Part shown: one piece after another, positions 46,750-61,235 of the stretch
Position numbering within the stretch: the stretch's first letter is position 1
Layout: each line of letters begins with the position of its first letter
Assembly: GCA_009103225.1 (NCBI GenBank)
Contig: RHPI01003369.1
Coordinates: 1,454,017-1,518,016, forward strand
DNA length: 64,000 nt
From: Chlorokybus atmophyticus
Lineage: Eukaryota; Plantae; Mesostigma and Chlorokybus algae
Reading direction: 5' to 3'
Position numbers and translations under genes: made by a program
The notes under the pieces: generated by a model
What the model was told of the DNA's origin: nothing
Seen by the model: only the letters and a program-made list of their open reading frames with translations
Database searches by the model: none

Positions 46750-49620
46750 GGCCATGCAGCACGTCGCCGCCGTGGCCGCTCTCAGGGGAGTGCTGGGGCG
46801 AGAGAACATACAGACATGAAGGTACGCGGTGGTACAGTGCCGCATGTGGAAGCGCTCCCGTCTCCCGGTTCCACGGTTGTGGCATCGCTGCCGCCGGTGA
46901 GTCTGTGAATGAGTTGTCGTGTGTCCTGTCCCGCAGAAAGGCTGAGCCGGACGAACACAACAGCAACAACACCCGTGCGCTGCTCGTCAAAACCAATGCA
47001 CTGCACATGGGGACGTGCTGCTCGTTGGGTCGTCAACGTCATTCTGTGCATATGGATGATGTGTTGAGTCTGCATGCACGATTGCGTTGTATATAGACCG
47101 TAAGCTGATCCCTTTGCGTGCGCGTCTGCGTGTGTCGCCTGGCAATGGCAGGCCCTGTGAGCATCACTACTGCTGCCGCTCAAGATGACGTCGCTGAGCA
47201 TGCCGTTGCCAGTAGCATCATCAACAACACTACCCCCATTGCAATACTGCGGCCTGCAGCGGGCGCACCACACTGAGGGTCGCTCCACTACCTCTCGAGC
47301 TCACCTCACTCTCAACCACAAAGTCCAGTTACACACAACAATAACAACAAGACACCGTGCCGATGGTGAAGCGCCGAGAGCGACGCGCAGGCAGGTGAGA
47401 CAAACTGTTCGGTGTTCGTCATCGGCCAGAGACTCATTGTCATCATGGTGTGTGTGTGTGTGTGTGTGGTAGGTGAGGATGGGCGAGTTGAGGAAGCGGC
47501 TCCCGTCCGTAGCGCTGGCGGCGGGGAGTTTTATTATCGGCAACGTCGTGCGGTCCGTCATCGGGCTCGAGTTCGAGACCGTCTTCATGGCGTGGCGCAT
47601 ACGACGCGCGCTCGACCGATGCTTCACACGACCCAAACCGCAGATACTCAACACTGGTACGCGCATGATATCAAGTCTCATGCGTCATCACTCTTGTGCA
47701 TCACACGGAGTTGGGCAATGACTCGTCAGTTTGTGTATGAAACAGTGTTGCCTGAGATCCCGCGCAAGGCCGTGGCGGAGCGTCTCTTCAATGGCATCCC
47801 CACGCTGTTCGTTGGAGCATCAGCAAGCGGCAAAACCACTGCCATACACCAGGCACGTGACGTGTGCATTGGAACGTGGGTGCAAGCACCCACGTTCCAA
47901 CATACACCCGAGCGCACACCACAAAGTACACTCCCACAATCTCTGTCGCCAAGCTCACACCTGGCTGTGGCTGTGTGCAGTGTTGTGAAGGCCGCATCGG
48001 CATAGCGTACATGTCCTTCAGGCAAGCCTCTCTTCAAGCCGCCGTCACGCAGGCCTTCGGTAAGCATACGTAACCCAATATCCACCCGCATCCCACACAA
48101 CACTCGCTCGCTCTATTCATATTGCAGCAGCAGCGGTTGTGGCCCGCGGCAGGTGTCGGGGACCTCGCCACGCAGACCACGCTGGACAAGCTGCTCGACA
48201 TCATCCTGCGGGTGGCCAAGTCGTTCGCGAAGCAGGGCAAGAAGGTGGTGCTCATCATCGACGACGTGCACGACCAGGTTCGTCTGTGCACATCAGTTTG
48301 GGACATGCATGTCGACAGTGCCACAAGCTAGTGAGTAACACGGATTCGATTGTCTCAGGTGGTGTTTGACGACGCCCCAAAGAGGTAAGCCGGCAATGTG
48401 GTGATGTAGCGGGTCCCTGTGCTGGTGTGGAAGGTTGCTGTTGACATGAGGTGGCTATGCACACAGGGGCGTGTTCAAGCCTGAGGCGGAGCAGCTTTTG
48501 AAGTGGGCGCTCGAAGCTCAGACGCACGGCTACCTGGACCTCAACCTGTTCACGTCAGAGTACTGGCTGCAAGAAGTCGTCGAGCGCGGTAAGCATCTGT
48601 TAACGACATCATAATGATGTATGTCGCTCCTTGTGTGTATCGGTCACTCAGGTGCACACACGTACGCACATATACACACACGCGCTTGCATACGCACATG
48701 CACTCCCTCATTCAGTCTCTGCATCTGTGTGTCTGATGCTTGTGTGCAACATCGTTTGCAGTTTCCGGGTTTGGCAGCCGCCTCGACACGTACAGCTTCT
48801 CCTACATCAAGGAGTCCACGGCTCTTAGCTACTTGCGCGAGCACACCCCGTTCACGCAGGAGCAGGTGGCGCGCGTGTACGGCGTCACGGGCGGCCACCT
48901 CGGCGACATCACGCGCATCGTCGCGTCGTTCCTGCCGCAGAACAACCGCAACAACACCGTCACGGACGAAGAACTGCAAGGTGTGTGCTCGAGGTGGTTG
49001 TGCAACATGTTGTGCGACATATGCATGCATAGTTGACGTGTTGTGAACAGGTGTGCTCAATTGCATCATCTTCCGCAACCGCAACATGATGAAAGCCGCG
49101 TGCACGGGCAAGTCTGCTGTAGACGTGGACGCGCGTGACTTTGCTGAGGTAAGGTGGATGCTTTATGTTGATGTGTGCCAACAAAAGACACATATCTACA
49201 TGGCAGTGTTCGCGTTGCTTGTTCGAGGCGATATACAAGAACGAGGGCCGGCCGGTATCCATCACGGCCACCTCCAAGAGCTGCCGCCTCAACCCGCTCA
49301 CGCTCAGCCGCGTGGCCGAGCAGCTGACCCGACTCAACCTGCTGCGGGACTTCCCCGCAGACTGCGTGGCGTTCGACGCACCGCGCCAACTGGTGTGTAC
49401 TAGTGTCACGCACGCACGCACGCACGCACAAACCACATTTCGGCAGACTAAGTATGTGTGCGCACACAGGTCACTTACGAGCAGATTCGCGACAGTTCTC
49501 TGGTAAAGGCGATATCTTTGATGAATAAACACAAGGAGCAACAGTCACTTGACGGCGAGGATGAGGAGGAGGAAGTGCCTAAAGAGGCGCAGCATGCGCA
49601 GCCTCCACAGGTGTGAGGCA
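46750..49620 (+). CDS. Multi-exon P-loop NTPase, STAND/archaeal-ATPase-like, probably organelle-targeted
   Basis: Hydrophobic segment LPSVALAAGSFIIGNVV; Walker A GASASGKT (47815-47838); Walker B VVLIIDDV (48246-48270); C-terminal ..VYGVTGGHLGDI.. helix bundle. 5' and 3' exon limits are approximate. Confidence 0.7.
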
Positions 49621-50643
49621 CACTGGAAAAGCCGCGGATGCAGATCAATTGGCAGGTACTTGACAATAAATGATGCGAAGCTAGTGGTGCGTTGATACCA
49701 TTAGTTGCGCTGTGTGGCACAGCAAGACATACCAGCAGAACAGAGCAGGCACAGCAACAAGCAGATACATCAAAACGAGCCCCCATGGGCTAGACTTAGT
49801 GCACTGGGACTCTAGTACAGCTGAGAACATGAGAGCAGCGGATTGCAAGGGAGAGGGTAGCAGTGTCACTCGCTGTACGTCCAGCACTACACAGCATTGT
49901 CTCGTGTTTGCTTGTGGACATTGTGTTCCTCTGGCAATGCTTGTGGACCACAGTCAATGCATCCAACACATTGCCAGTGTCATATGCAGCAGCGATGTTG
50001 GTCTATGGTTCACATGTGATGGATGCTGCCTGCCGCCACACCACTGAAGTGCTTGCGTACACCACACCCTAACAAACATTTCCACCAATATGCCGGCCAG
50101 TGCAGATGTTGAATGTTGGTGCAGCCTGTCAAGCGTGGCACTGATAATGCTGTAAAACCATGCGATAATACGCACCAGTGTGTACAAAATGAATGCATAC
50201 CTACTTTTCGAGGTGGAGGAAGGAACACATTTGCCTTTGCTGACATAATGTCATCGTCATTATTCTCCCCCCCCTACCCCCGCCCTCCCTCTCTCTTCAA
50301 CTAAAAGCACTGTGCATCTGCGGGCACAAGGACCATTCAAGTCAGAGTTTCCCTGAATAAGACACTAACAAGGCGGTGTAACAGTTTTGCTTGTGAAGGC
50401 CAGAGAATCCGGACTTTGCCACGGCATGGTCAGAAGGCCAGATGTGCAGAGGCAAACATTACCACCAGACAAGTGTACCCATTGCCAGCCATGTAAACCA
50501 AGCACTCCTAGACACGCGTGTCGTATGCACGCTCGCGGTTGGATTATGTTGCTGTTGCCAACCTCTGTGCGATGGTTTGGACATCACCACAGCCAACAAA
50601 AGCACATTATCTGCGGCGTGAACAGCCACCAAAAACACCGCTC

Positions 50644-52500
50644 TCATCGAAAATCGATCACCGCAAGTGTCACGTGCTCTACCCCATCCCCAACCCCTTC
50701 CAATGCCACCGATGGCGGCCACTCCACTGTGACCCGCGAATCTTCAACAACAACCCTCGCACGTGTGGGTTGCAGAACCAACTCACTATCATCTTCAATG
50801 TCACGCCCGAGCTCCGTCACCCCGACACGACACGTCCACAAACACACCACAGCGGCCTCGTACTCTCCATCGCCGGGCGGCTGATTCAGCAGCTTTGTGA
50901 CACATGTTGATGGTGATAGGGAGTCCTGATCCAACACGCCAATGAGGCGATACGGGCGTGCGAGCAGCGAGGCCACCTGGCTCATATCCCCTTTGGCAAG
51001 GGCTCCACGCACACGGGTGGAGGATACCTGCTCGCCAGACCCGTTGTTGCTGCTGTTGTCTTCAACTAATTCAACGATTGAGCACGCGATCCCGCACTCT
51101 TTGGCTAGTTCACACAACAAACCCGCATCGCCCGCGGCCCGAAAACCGAAGCGGTAGTTGCTGCCGGCCACAACGCCTCTCACACCCAGGTCCCGCACCA
51201 ACATGGACACAAAGTCCTCAGGGCTCTGCCTCCTAATGTCTGCAAGATGAGAGAGGGGTTGGTTGAGGAGTGTGATGCACAGAGCATGAGGGTGATGTTT
51301 GCGCCGACCTTTGAAAGGTAGCCAAAGTTCTGTTGGCGTGAGTCCGCGGCAATGCTCGCGCCACAGCCTCATCACGCGAGGGCGGTCGGGTGGGGCCACA
51401 AGGGGAAGACGCGGCTCCCAACCAAGCACCTCCGCCATGCCTGTGTACGTGTGCGCGTGTGCGTGCGTGCGTGCGTGCGTCTCTACGCCACAAAGCCACA
51501 AGTGCACATACAGTACGCACCTGAGAAGGACAGCATGCACGGCGTGCCTTCGCCAAGGCTTGCAGCAGCTGCGGCCAACGCTCTGTGGCCCGTATGAAGC
51601 GCATCGAACTTGCCCAACGCCACCACCGCACCCTTACCCAACTCACCCTTTTCGCTCCTCCCACCCCTCTCACCCTTCTCACCCTCTTCTTGCACAGCCG
51701 CCCCTCCCGCTCTCGCTGTGACAACACTCGTGTGCGCTGTTAACACCCCTTTTCGACGACGCATACGCGGCCACATCCTCACACCATTGTGTTGGGTAAG
51801 CTTCATCATCTTCATGTTGGAGCTGGAGTGTGAGATTGTTGTTGACGATGATGCCATCAGGTTGGGGGAAGATAAGCCCTGATGATGTTATTGCTCACGG
51901 TGGCGGCGGTTGAACTCTTCGTGACAAGCGCGCAGCGCAGCCACCTCTGTGTTGGTGTGTGTGTGTTGTTGGTAGCAAAACAACATGTTGGCTTGTCAAC
52001 CAAAAGCATGTGTGAGATTGGACTATGAAAGACAACGTTAAGCACACCAACCTTTCTGGCACTTGCGCCAGTCGCGGCTGTGTTCGCCCATGCACTCCTG
52101 CGCAATTGCAGACACAATATCTGGTTGAGAAGTGGAGAAACAACACCATACTGTGTACACATGACACATGCGCATCATCACCATGCACACGTGTCCACAT
52201 GCAGCATGACAGGCAGAGCTATCACAACACCGCAACCAGCATCATCATCATTCCAGCATAAACCGCAGTGTGTGCAACAAGACATGTGATTCTGACGTGA
52301 TCACCAAGTCGGCGTTGCATGCATGCAAACTCAGCGAGAGAGAGGCCCGCCAACCACGAGCACAGCGGACCAATAAACTGAACTGACCTCGAGGGCGGCG
52401 TAGGCTCTGCCGCAGCCCTGCTGGTTCACCATCGCCTCCACGTCGTCGCCGGCCGCCGCTGGATGCACCGACACGGCCGCCGCCGCCGCATCGCCGTCAG
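50644..52500 (-). CDS. Plant-type (plastid) FAD synthetase / FMN adenylyltransferase, RibF N-terminal-like
   Basis: VVALGKFDALHTGHRALA (HxGH); LSFSG|MAEVLGWEPR.PLV; SPEDFV..L..LGVRGVVAGSNYRFGF.AAGD; VSSTRVR.ALA.GDM..V..LL.RPYRL. 5' exons are uncertain. Confidence 0.9.
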
Positions 52501-53262
52501 CATCGTTGTCCTGGAGGAAATGAGCGAGGGTGGGGTGTTTGTGTATGTGTGTGGTCAGCCCATGTTGAGGGTGAGGCAGCACACAGAGAGCCAAGCACAG
52601 CACGGCGCACTCACCTCCGCACGCCGCCTCTGTGCATGCATACTCCACCGCCGCCGCCGCCGCCGCCCTGGTCTGGACGGTTTCTGTGTATGTGATGGCG
52701 TTGGGTTGTGGGGTTTACAACTTGGAGGGGATGATGCTTGCTAGTTGAACTCAACTGACATTGGAATGGGTGGATGATGTTGAGCTGCTGCTGCTGTAGA
52801 TGAATTTGTGCAAATTGCAAATCAGTGCAAAAGCTGGGTAGTGTTTCACGAAAGTTTTGTAAGGAATGTCTGCAAGGCAGCTCCCTTACATCGTGGAGAT
52901 GGCTTGTGTGTTCAGCGCGCGCGCAATCGCAAATATGCAGACTCTCACTAGCACAGTACTGAGCTTGTAATGCTTGGAGTGGCTACCCAAGCAGACGTGC
53001 AGGCGCGTGCAGTTTACTACAACATACACGCAAATGCACATGTGCACTACCCAGTGATCTTATGCATTGCATGCATGCATGTGTGATGCAAGCACACGCA
53101 CACGCACGCGTATTCAGACGTAATCATGCAGTGCGCATGCACACGCGTGTGCACGTGTGCACACGCGCGCGCATGCATGGACTGACGCACATACGCACAA
53201 ACACGACTGTCACTGTCATGTCTCAACCGATTGTTTCCATCTCAAAACACCTCCCACGCATT

Positions 53263-53678
53263 TCAACTATCCGTCACAATCAGCTCAGCGCACGCGCACG
53301 CCGCGAGTGGCGGTTCCCGCGCGCCGCCGTAGCTGAGTGCCTGCACCCCAAACACCACCTTGCCCACGTCACTCGGCACCCGCAGCCTCGACACCCTGAA
53401 ACGCGGTACAAACGCCGCCCCGAGCCACTCCCACACGGGAGGGGTTGTATCATCAACCACATCACCATCCACATTCCCATCGACATCGACGACAGAGATT
53501 TTCTCCAAGTGGTAGAACACGTCCCAACGCAGAGGTGCCACGTCGCACATGTCCACGTCCCACCCGAGCGTCACGCTAAGGGTCTCGGGGTCGGTCCAGA
53601 AAGGGTGCTTGCAGTACACGCTGCTCGCGCGCACGTGGCCCGCAGCTTCCGCTATAGCCACCATACCGATCCTCGCCT

Positions 53679-53726
<48 letters not shown>

Positions 53727-56373
53727 GTTGGTTGGAGCAGAGTGCGTAGACGTACTTGAGTCTGCAGCCTGAGAATGCCAGACCCGGCACGCAGTGGTAC
53801 CGTACTTGCCAGTCTGATGATGATGATGAGGGTGTGTCGTCCTTCTCATTCTTTTCCTCATCGTTATTGGATATTATGCGCGTGGGGCGGAGGGTGTAGT
53901 CGTCGCCGGACACGGACACGTACGACCCCGCGGAAGGCGAGGACAGCGTCACGCTGCGCTCGCGAGACAACGAGTCCACAAATACCAGCTGCAGGCTCAC
54001 CTCGCTGTCCTCGCCGCACTTCACCTGAGAGCCACGTGTGCGTGCGTGTGCATGCGTGCGTGTGCGCGCATGCGCGCTCGCGCCTTGTTTGAATGAGTGT
54101 TTGTGTGCACGTCTACACACACATGCACAAACGCGCATGTGCTTGCTCTGCAGCTTTTTGCACAACCGCAGAAATGCACGCGACGTGACAACAAGATGGA
54201 CACACATACCGCATATGACACTCTGAGGGCGCTCTGCTCGTGCGCCGCCATCGCAAAGTCCACATCAAACAGCAGCACCTTCTTCACCTTCTCCTCATCA
54301 CCATGCATGCTTCTCTTCCATGCGAGCAGAAGGGAGGACCCGCCTTCGAACGCGTCACCAAAGTCCACCCGCGCACTCACACTTCTGTCATCACCATCAT
54401 CGTCTTCGTTGTTGTTGAGAATTGTTAGTAGGCTCGGTTGGACTGTTTGACACGACAGGTTGTGCCATGCGACGGAGCTCACGGACTTGCCCTGTATGTA
54501 CACCGCGTCGCCCACGCCCTGATGAAGGAAGAGTAAGGAATGTGATGATGCACACATGCACACACGCACACGCGTGCATGCGTTCGCACGCACATACAGA
54601 GTCTCCTGCGCACACCTGGTCGAATGTGCTGATGAACGGTAGCACTGTTGCGCACGGCTTGTGTGGGCCGCCCCAAACCGCAGTAATCTTCCCCCAAAAT
54701 TTCTCCTGCAAGGGATGAAAGGGATGATGGTTGTGTGTAGAATGCAAGCGAGGCATTTGTTTCATGCGCATGCGTGCCTGGTTCTCGGTGAAGGTGGGCT
54801 CGTCCTTGGCTCCGCACTCGTACACCCAACCGGGGGCGAAGATGGCCGAGGACAGGCCAGCTCGCCTGGCCGCCGCCACATCCGCACCGGTCTGGACAAA
54901 TTGTTGTTGAGTGTCACCCATGCACACATGCGTGCGCAAGCACACGCACACGCACACGCAAAACATACCGCCCATTTCCCGCCGCTGACTGTGCCTCGTC
55001 CAAACACGTCGCTTCCAAGGAACACGTCATGTGCACGTTCTGGTCCCGCTGCGCGTGCGCTGTCCTCGGGGTACCCTTCCTTCCATGTGTAGTTGAGTAG
55101 GACGGATATGTTGGGATCCGCGTCAAAGAAAGGGCGATTGAGTTTAGTCAGACGGTCCTGCCACGCAAGCTCACCGCTCGACGTCACCGCGTCATACCAA
55201 ACCACTTCTGCACCCTGCGACGTGTGCATGTATGCGTGTCAAAGTGCCAGATGTTGCACATGATGTTGATGTTGATGTTGATGCTGATGACTACTCACCC
55301 TGATGAGACGCGGCATGACCGTGGATAGAGTGCGCAGAAACTCTATCACGTTGGGTATCTTCTTCTTCGCAATGGGGACCTCAATGTTGATCTAGCCAAC
55401 AAGTCAACATAACCAAGGACGTTGAACTTGAGATCAACAACAACAACACCAACAACGTTGTCAACATACCAGCCATCCGTCGAAGTTGTAGAACCGTGCT
55501 AGTGCCGCTAGCTGTCTTGCGTGATGTCTCGCCGCGTGTTTTGACCTAAACACTGTCTCGCACGCGCGTTTGCCACGCTCGTGCTCGGCCACAAAGGACC
55601 CCAAACATCGCACTCCGTGTCGGTGAGCCGCGTTGGTCCAACCCGCCGGTGGAATTGTCACCAAGGAGTGACCGAAGTAGACGAACACGTCTACCAGCTG
55701 CCAGTGCCAGAAACGGTACACGTCCTTACCCTCACCACCTGAGATGGGTGTGGTGTCAACGCGTGCGCACGCGTGTACACGTGTACTTGCATGCGTGCAT
55801 GCACTTGTGGATTGGTGGCAGTGAAATTAAGCTGGGCAAGAGCAATGTGCATGCTCATGCGTTGATGCATGTGCATGCACATTGCACCTTGTGCGTGCGT
55901 GCGCTTGCGTGCTCTTATATGTGTGCGTGTGTGCACGTGTGTGTGACTGCGTGTGTGCAAGTGTGCGCGATGGTGGGTGTGCGTACATGCAATGTAACCA
56001 CACCTTGTGCATGGGCATCATCGCCATAGCCGCCTTGCATATCATGGCACACCATCATCCTCGCCCTTCTCTTCTCCTCCTTCTTCTCCTCCTTCTCCAC
56101 CTCCTCCGCCACCCTTAACGGCTCCGACGCCATCAGGAAATCCGTTGCTCTTGATGTGGCGATGAACGGCCATCGCGTGAGGCGATGGAGTGAGGTGATG
56201 GGTCCCGCCACGGGCTCATAGTCCTCGGGAGCAAAGGCGGAGAGCTTGTTGGTATAAGACTTCTTGTTGTGGCCGCGACGCACGGTGCGAACGCGTACGG
56301 TCGTGGTGAGGGCAGCCAGCAGAGCTGCAGCGGCCGCGCACGCCCCCACCCACGCGAGCACGACCGCAGGCAC
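53263..56373 (-). CDS. ENGASE: Endo-beta-N-acetylglucosaminidase, glycoside hydrolase family 85 (ENGase)
   Basis: MVCHDMQGGY.DD; VDVFVYFGH.LVTIPP.GWTNAAHRHGV..LG; YNFDGWLV|NIE; WYDAVT..G.L.WQ..L; LNYTWK; DVF.GSDVFGRG..GG; S.AIFAPGWVYE; LPF.S.FDQG.G; AFEGGSSL. The true start codon lies upstream of the acceptor at 56374. Confidence 0.93.
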
Positions 56374-57138
56374 CTGATGACGGCATGGTTGTGCTGTTGT
56401 TGTACTCGTCGTGTTGGAAATGCTTGATTGTTATTGAGAGACACGACCGATGGATCTTGCAATGGGGCATGCATGGATGAGTGGATGACTCGTTCAATGA
56501 GGATGGGTGAGTGGAAAAAGATTGCATGCGTGTGTGGACGAATGAATGACTGCATGGCTACACTGACTGGAAGAATGAAGGGTTCAACAAACAATGCAGT
56601 GCCTGCACTAGTGATTGGTGAATGCATGATCGAGTGGATGAGTGCACGAATGAATGGCTGAGCGACCGCCTGAATGATGGGATGAAACGCTTAATCAAAT
56701 CAATGACTGAATGCGTGCACCAACAACATTCAATCGGGTGGGCAACAACAGCACGACAGAAGCTCACAAGCAAGCTCTGCAGGTCTGAATGAGCATTGCC
56801 AGTACCGAGTGACGATGAGCTGTTTGTGACGTTTCAGCGAGGGTGTGAACGCAAAGAACGCAAGCTCAGCAGCAGAGCGTGAGAAGGCCGCTCACATGAC
56901 ATGCGCACTATCCTGGCAACATCATCATCATTATCATTGACATGAGGCGCCACATGAGGCGCCGCACATCCATCCCAGTCAGCGTGCATGCCAGGACAGG
57001 ACACCATCATGCCCACGAGACCAACCCGGCATGCAACCTCATGCACCTGTCATGACTATCATCGTCATCACCTTCATGTCCTTGTTGTCAAGCTCAAGCG
57101 CCAAGTGCTAGCCTACTCGTCAAACAAGTCGCTACATG

Positions 57139-57170
<32 letters not shown>

Positions 57171-58292
57171 GGCTGCCGCCTCGTCGTTGAGCGTGTCGCT
57201 GCTTGTCTGCGCCACACGCATGCACGGCAAAACTCGACACTGCCACTGCCAGTCAGAAAGCAGCAGCATTGGTTGGTTGAAACCTGCTTTCAGCGGCCCC
57301 GTCAAGCACAAGCGTGCATGCAGCTCACAGCAGCATAGGTTAGAGGAGGACACCATGGCACACCATGCAGCTGATGATATACACGCTCAGCTTCCATACA
57401 CGATCACCACAGTTAAATTCACCATTGCGCTGGCCAGCTTCGCCGACTTCGCTCGGCTGTGCGCGGTTGTTTGCTTGCGCACACGAACGTGGTATCACAC
57501 ACACAAGGAGCATGCCGCTTCTAGCTACTGGAAACAGTTGATGGGTTGTGTGACTTCCGCAGTATACCCCAAGCTCATCCGCCAGCAGGTGCAGATAGCA
57601 ACAATGCTGGACTGATGGTGGATGCTTGCAGTTCTTGCGTGTCTCCAACTGACCCGCATGCAAACCACACTGTGCATGCCATCAACATGCAAATTAATAG
57701 GTTAATGCTACCCGCTGCTTGCATGCATGATCGACATGGTCAACACTGCAAGTGAATGAAGGCAGCAGCAGCAAAGAAGCAATCCATGAGGCGAAATGGA
57801 CTAAGGCTAAAGGAGTTGCGTGTCCATGCAAGCAGCACCCTGCGTGCTGCATGCTGCCTAGCCAGTCTGAACTGTGTGAAGCATGACACTCGCACATCAG
57901 CCCAGCCAGCATTTACTCAAGACAGCCAGCGAGGCTTGGGTGCTTGCTGAGGGCCAGGACAGCAATTTTGTTGCACCCTGAAGCTAATGCCAGCATATGA
58001 TGTCGCTGCCAGTCCTTCGGGTCGAGAGACATGGATGAAGTGCAGCACCCAATTTCCAAGCAGCGATTGTTAGCAAGTGCTCAACCTCAATTACGTAATG
58101 CTGCTCGGTTCACGTCTGGCAACAGTCAGTGTCCGTCCCACTCCCAGCATCGAACCACTGCCCTTTGTTCCAGACTCCAATGTAAGGCTCCGCGAATGGT
58201 AAGAATCAGCTAGCAAGCAGCGGTGCAGCAACATGCTTGCTTCACGCTCAACGCACTGTTGAGCGAGCAGCTAAGCATGCGCATTGTGTCGC

Positions 58293-59426
58293 TCACAAAT
58301 GCAGACTCCGTTTGAGTTGGGAGGAGAGCGCCTCCGCGTGTCGGCTACTTCTACTGCTGCTGCTGCTTGAGGCTGATGATGATTGTGCGAGGGCGCGTGC
58401 CTGGGCTGCGAGTGAGGCGCGGGCGATGTCAACAACGGTGCGAAAGGAATACGGCTCGCAGGCGGCCAGCTCAGACAACACCTTGCGGTTCAACGCCACG
58501 TTCTCGCGGCTCAGACCGTGCATCAACTGAGAGTACTGCACCTGCTCGCAAACCAACGACATTGACATTGGCGGGTTGGGGGTGTATGACAACTCTTGCG
58601 TGCAACTTCTACTGTGCCACATTTGACATGCAGCTCACAGAGCAGAGAATGGCATGCATACCCTTGGTGGGTCCTCATTAGGCGGATGTTCAGCAAGAAA
58701 CGCACGCACCCACGCATAGACTCTCTGCATTTTGCATGCACATGAAATTTGTTCCAATATCATATTCCTTAGCATAAACCCGGCACCCGTACTGCTGACA
58801 TGCGCCTAATGCTGGAATGCAAGCATGGTCAAGTACATTAACTGGGCCGTGCTGATCTAATTGTATAGGATATGTGAAGGAAGTGCTGTGTGGCACACGC
58901 ATCACCATGCAACTACAGCCACACTACACCAGCAGTTCTATACAAGGGGTTTACACTGTCACCACCGGGTTGTGTTGGTGACACGAATGCGGTCAAGGCA
59001 ATGCTTGTTCATTGACGCCTTCGCATTTGAACTGCCACACTATCAAAACAAGCCAGAAACCAAACAAGACACAAGCTACCACAACCCTAATGCGTTGCAA
59101 CCTGAGCATACGCGCGCTTCACAGCAACAACTGACTAACAAACGAGAGATCGCTTGCTTACCCACGACATGCATTGCAGATGACCGAGAATGGCATAAAC
59201 ACTGCACGATCAAACAAACACAATTGCTGACCCCGTGTAGGCGTGAGGCGGCGGATACCCTCTGTATCCACAGCGACCGCATGTCTCGCTTCTTGTTTCG
59301 TCGGTCTCGGTAGGCGTACTGCAGCGCCTTCTCCACCCGCTGCCTGGCCGACTTGACGCAGTTCTTGCTCCGGCCCCTGAACCCCTTGGCCAGCGCGAAA
59401 AGCTTCTTACGGCCCATGCCACCCAT
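58293..59426 (-). CDS. RPL20: Organellar (mitochondrial-type) ribosomal protein bL20, two exons (59426-~59232, ~58542-58293)
   Basis: [17 protein letters not shown].....[36 protein letters not shown]|[28 protein letters not shown]. Confidence 0.95.
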
Positions 59427-61235
59427 CCTGGCTGGGGCTGAGGCGACAGCGTCTCACTCCTGGACACTTGACCCTGGTTGTACAAGGTCTACTCGAGCTG
59501 TCCTTAACAACGATGACGATGTTGGCCGTTACCGCCGCCGCTTGTCTGTGTAAGCCCCGACAGCTGCCGCCCAGCGGACGGCGACGGCGACGGCGGTGAT
59601 GTCGGCGACGGTGACCGCATTACTTGTTATAGGCATATAGACTCACCCACTGCACCTCGTTGTAAGGGTGGTTATTGCGGCTGGTTGCTGATTGGTGTTG
59701 GCTTTCATGTAGGGATGGGGTCGAAGACGCATATGGGCATCCAAGAACGAAGAGACCACATGTTGCATACCGATGACATTGCTTTAGTTAAATATTTGTC
59801 TACATACTATCATCGTCACCCTAATAAATATCAATATTACTTTTTATTTAATACATAACATACGCAAACGTGCTGCTGTTATGGAGATTATGACAATAGA
59901 CTTGGGAATCCCGGTAAGGCTTCAAAAGTAATGTACAACAGCACAATCAGCACATTATTTTACAGTTTAAAAAGGCGGTAATTAAGATCACTTGATTTTA
60001 AGCATGTGATAAAAATCATGCATAAAGCAGTGCATATAATGTGTCGTTACATCTTTTGCACATACGTTTTACGTTCAAGCAAGTGTACTCTCATACTTGA
60101 AGCACAATGAATAGTTGTAACACTTGTATATACATGCACTTTCCCCATTCTTAACTTGGTCTGAAAATCGCCTTTTCTTCATGTGAACTATTAGGATGCA
60201 TTCCTACTATCGTCAACGGTGTAATTATTACGGCGAGGTATGCTTCACATACTACGCAATTGCATACAAGGTATCCGCTATGTAGGAATTAATGGATTAT
60301 GAATATACCATGTGCCGCGTAAGGGAAAACAAATCCTAATGGTGTACAATGAAAGTACTCAAAGCTTTACATAGGCAACAATTATGCAAGCAATGCACAC
60401 AATCATAAAAAGTGCTACTATTGTATAAACGCTAGCTTAAGTGGCTATTGTACAAAGAATGTGCAAATGTGTGCATAAAAAGGGGAGGGATTGATAAAAA
60501 TGTTCGAAATTGCATGCCACCGTGGTTAGGGCATGGGGTATGGGTGTGGTGGGCTACACCAAACTTGTCAACATATGGTCATCTCTATCGTGCATTATAC
60601 ACTTAGCGGCTTGGGCCAGCCCGTGTTTGTGGTGGTTGTCGCTGTTGTTGTTTATCATGTTGGTTGTGAACGACATACACACTGAGTAACAGTGTGTCAG
60701 CTCAAGTACGTTCGCACACAACTACTTTTGCACTGTGATACCATATTGGAAAGTGTTGTTGTTGTTGGTACTTGGTACACGATGTGTTTGTTAGATTTGT
60801 ACTCCAACCCTTTCTGATTTACCTTATATCAGTGTGTAGACGTGTGAGATGGTCAAAACGACATGTAAAGTTACCCGTCATGTAATATCAATGTGCGGTA
60901 AAGCCTGGTACTGCTCATGATCAGTATGCAATATGTAGATTGTAGCGGAGGAACTGCTGCATATGTCTGCACTATTCGCACTTCTGCTGAGTTTCAATGC
61001 CAATAGGGTTGCTGTGAACTGAGTGTACTGGGTAGACAGCTACGTGTCATGCAGCTTGCACTCATTGTTATGGCCCTTACCCAACCAATTCCTGGTTCAG
61101 GGTGTGCCAAACACGTTGTGGGTATAAACTTCCTTACATGCAGGTGCTCACTCTACATACATGTACCCGACGTGCGCAACAGAACCCTTACAATGACATT
61201 GGTTTGTATATGTACAAAGCCAGTTGCATGTACAA

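Noticed and set aside
53690-53727. (TTG/CAA)n tracts encoding poly-Asn in ENGase and HTTM, and many (CA/GT, GCAC)n intron repeats
   Set aside because: Ordinary microsatellites, common throughout the gene-rich half.
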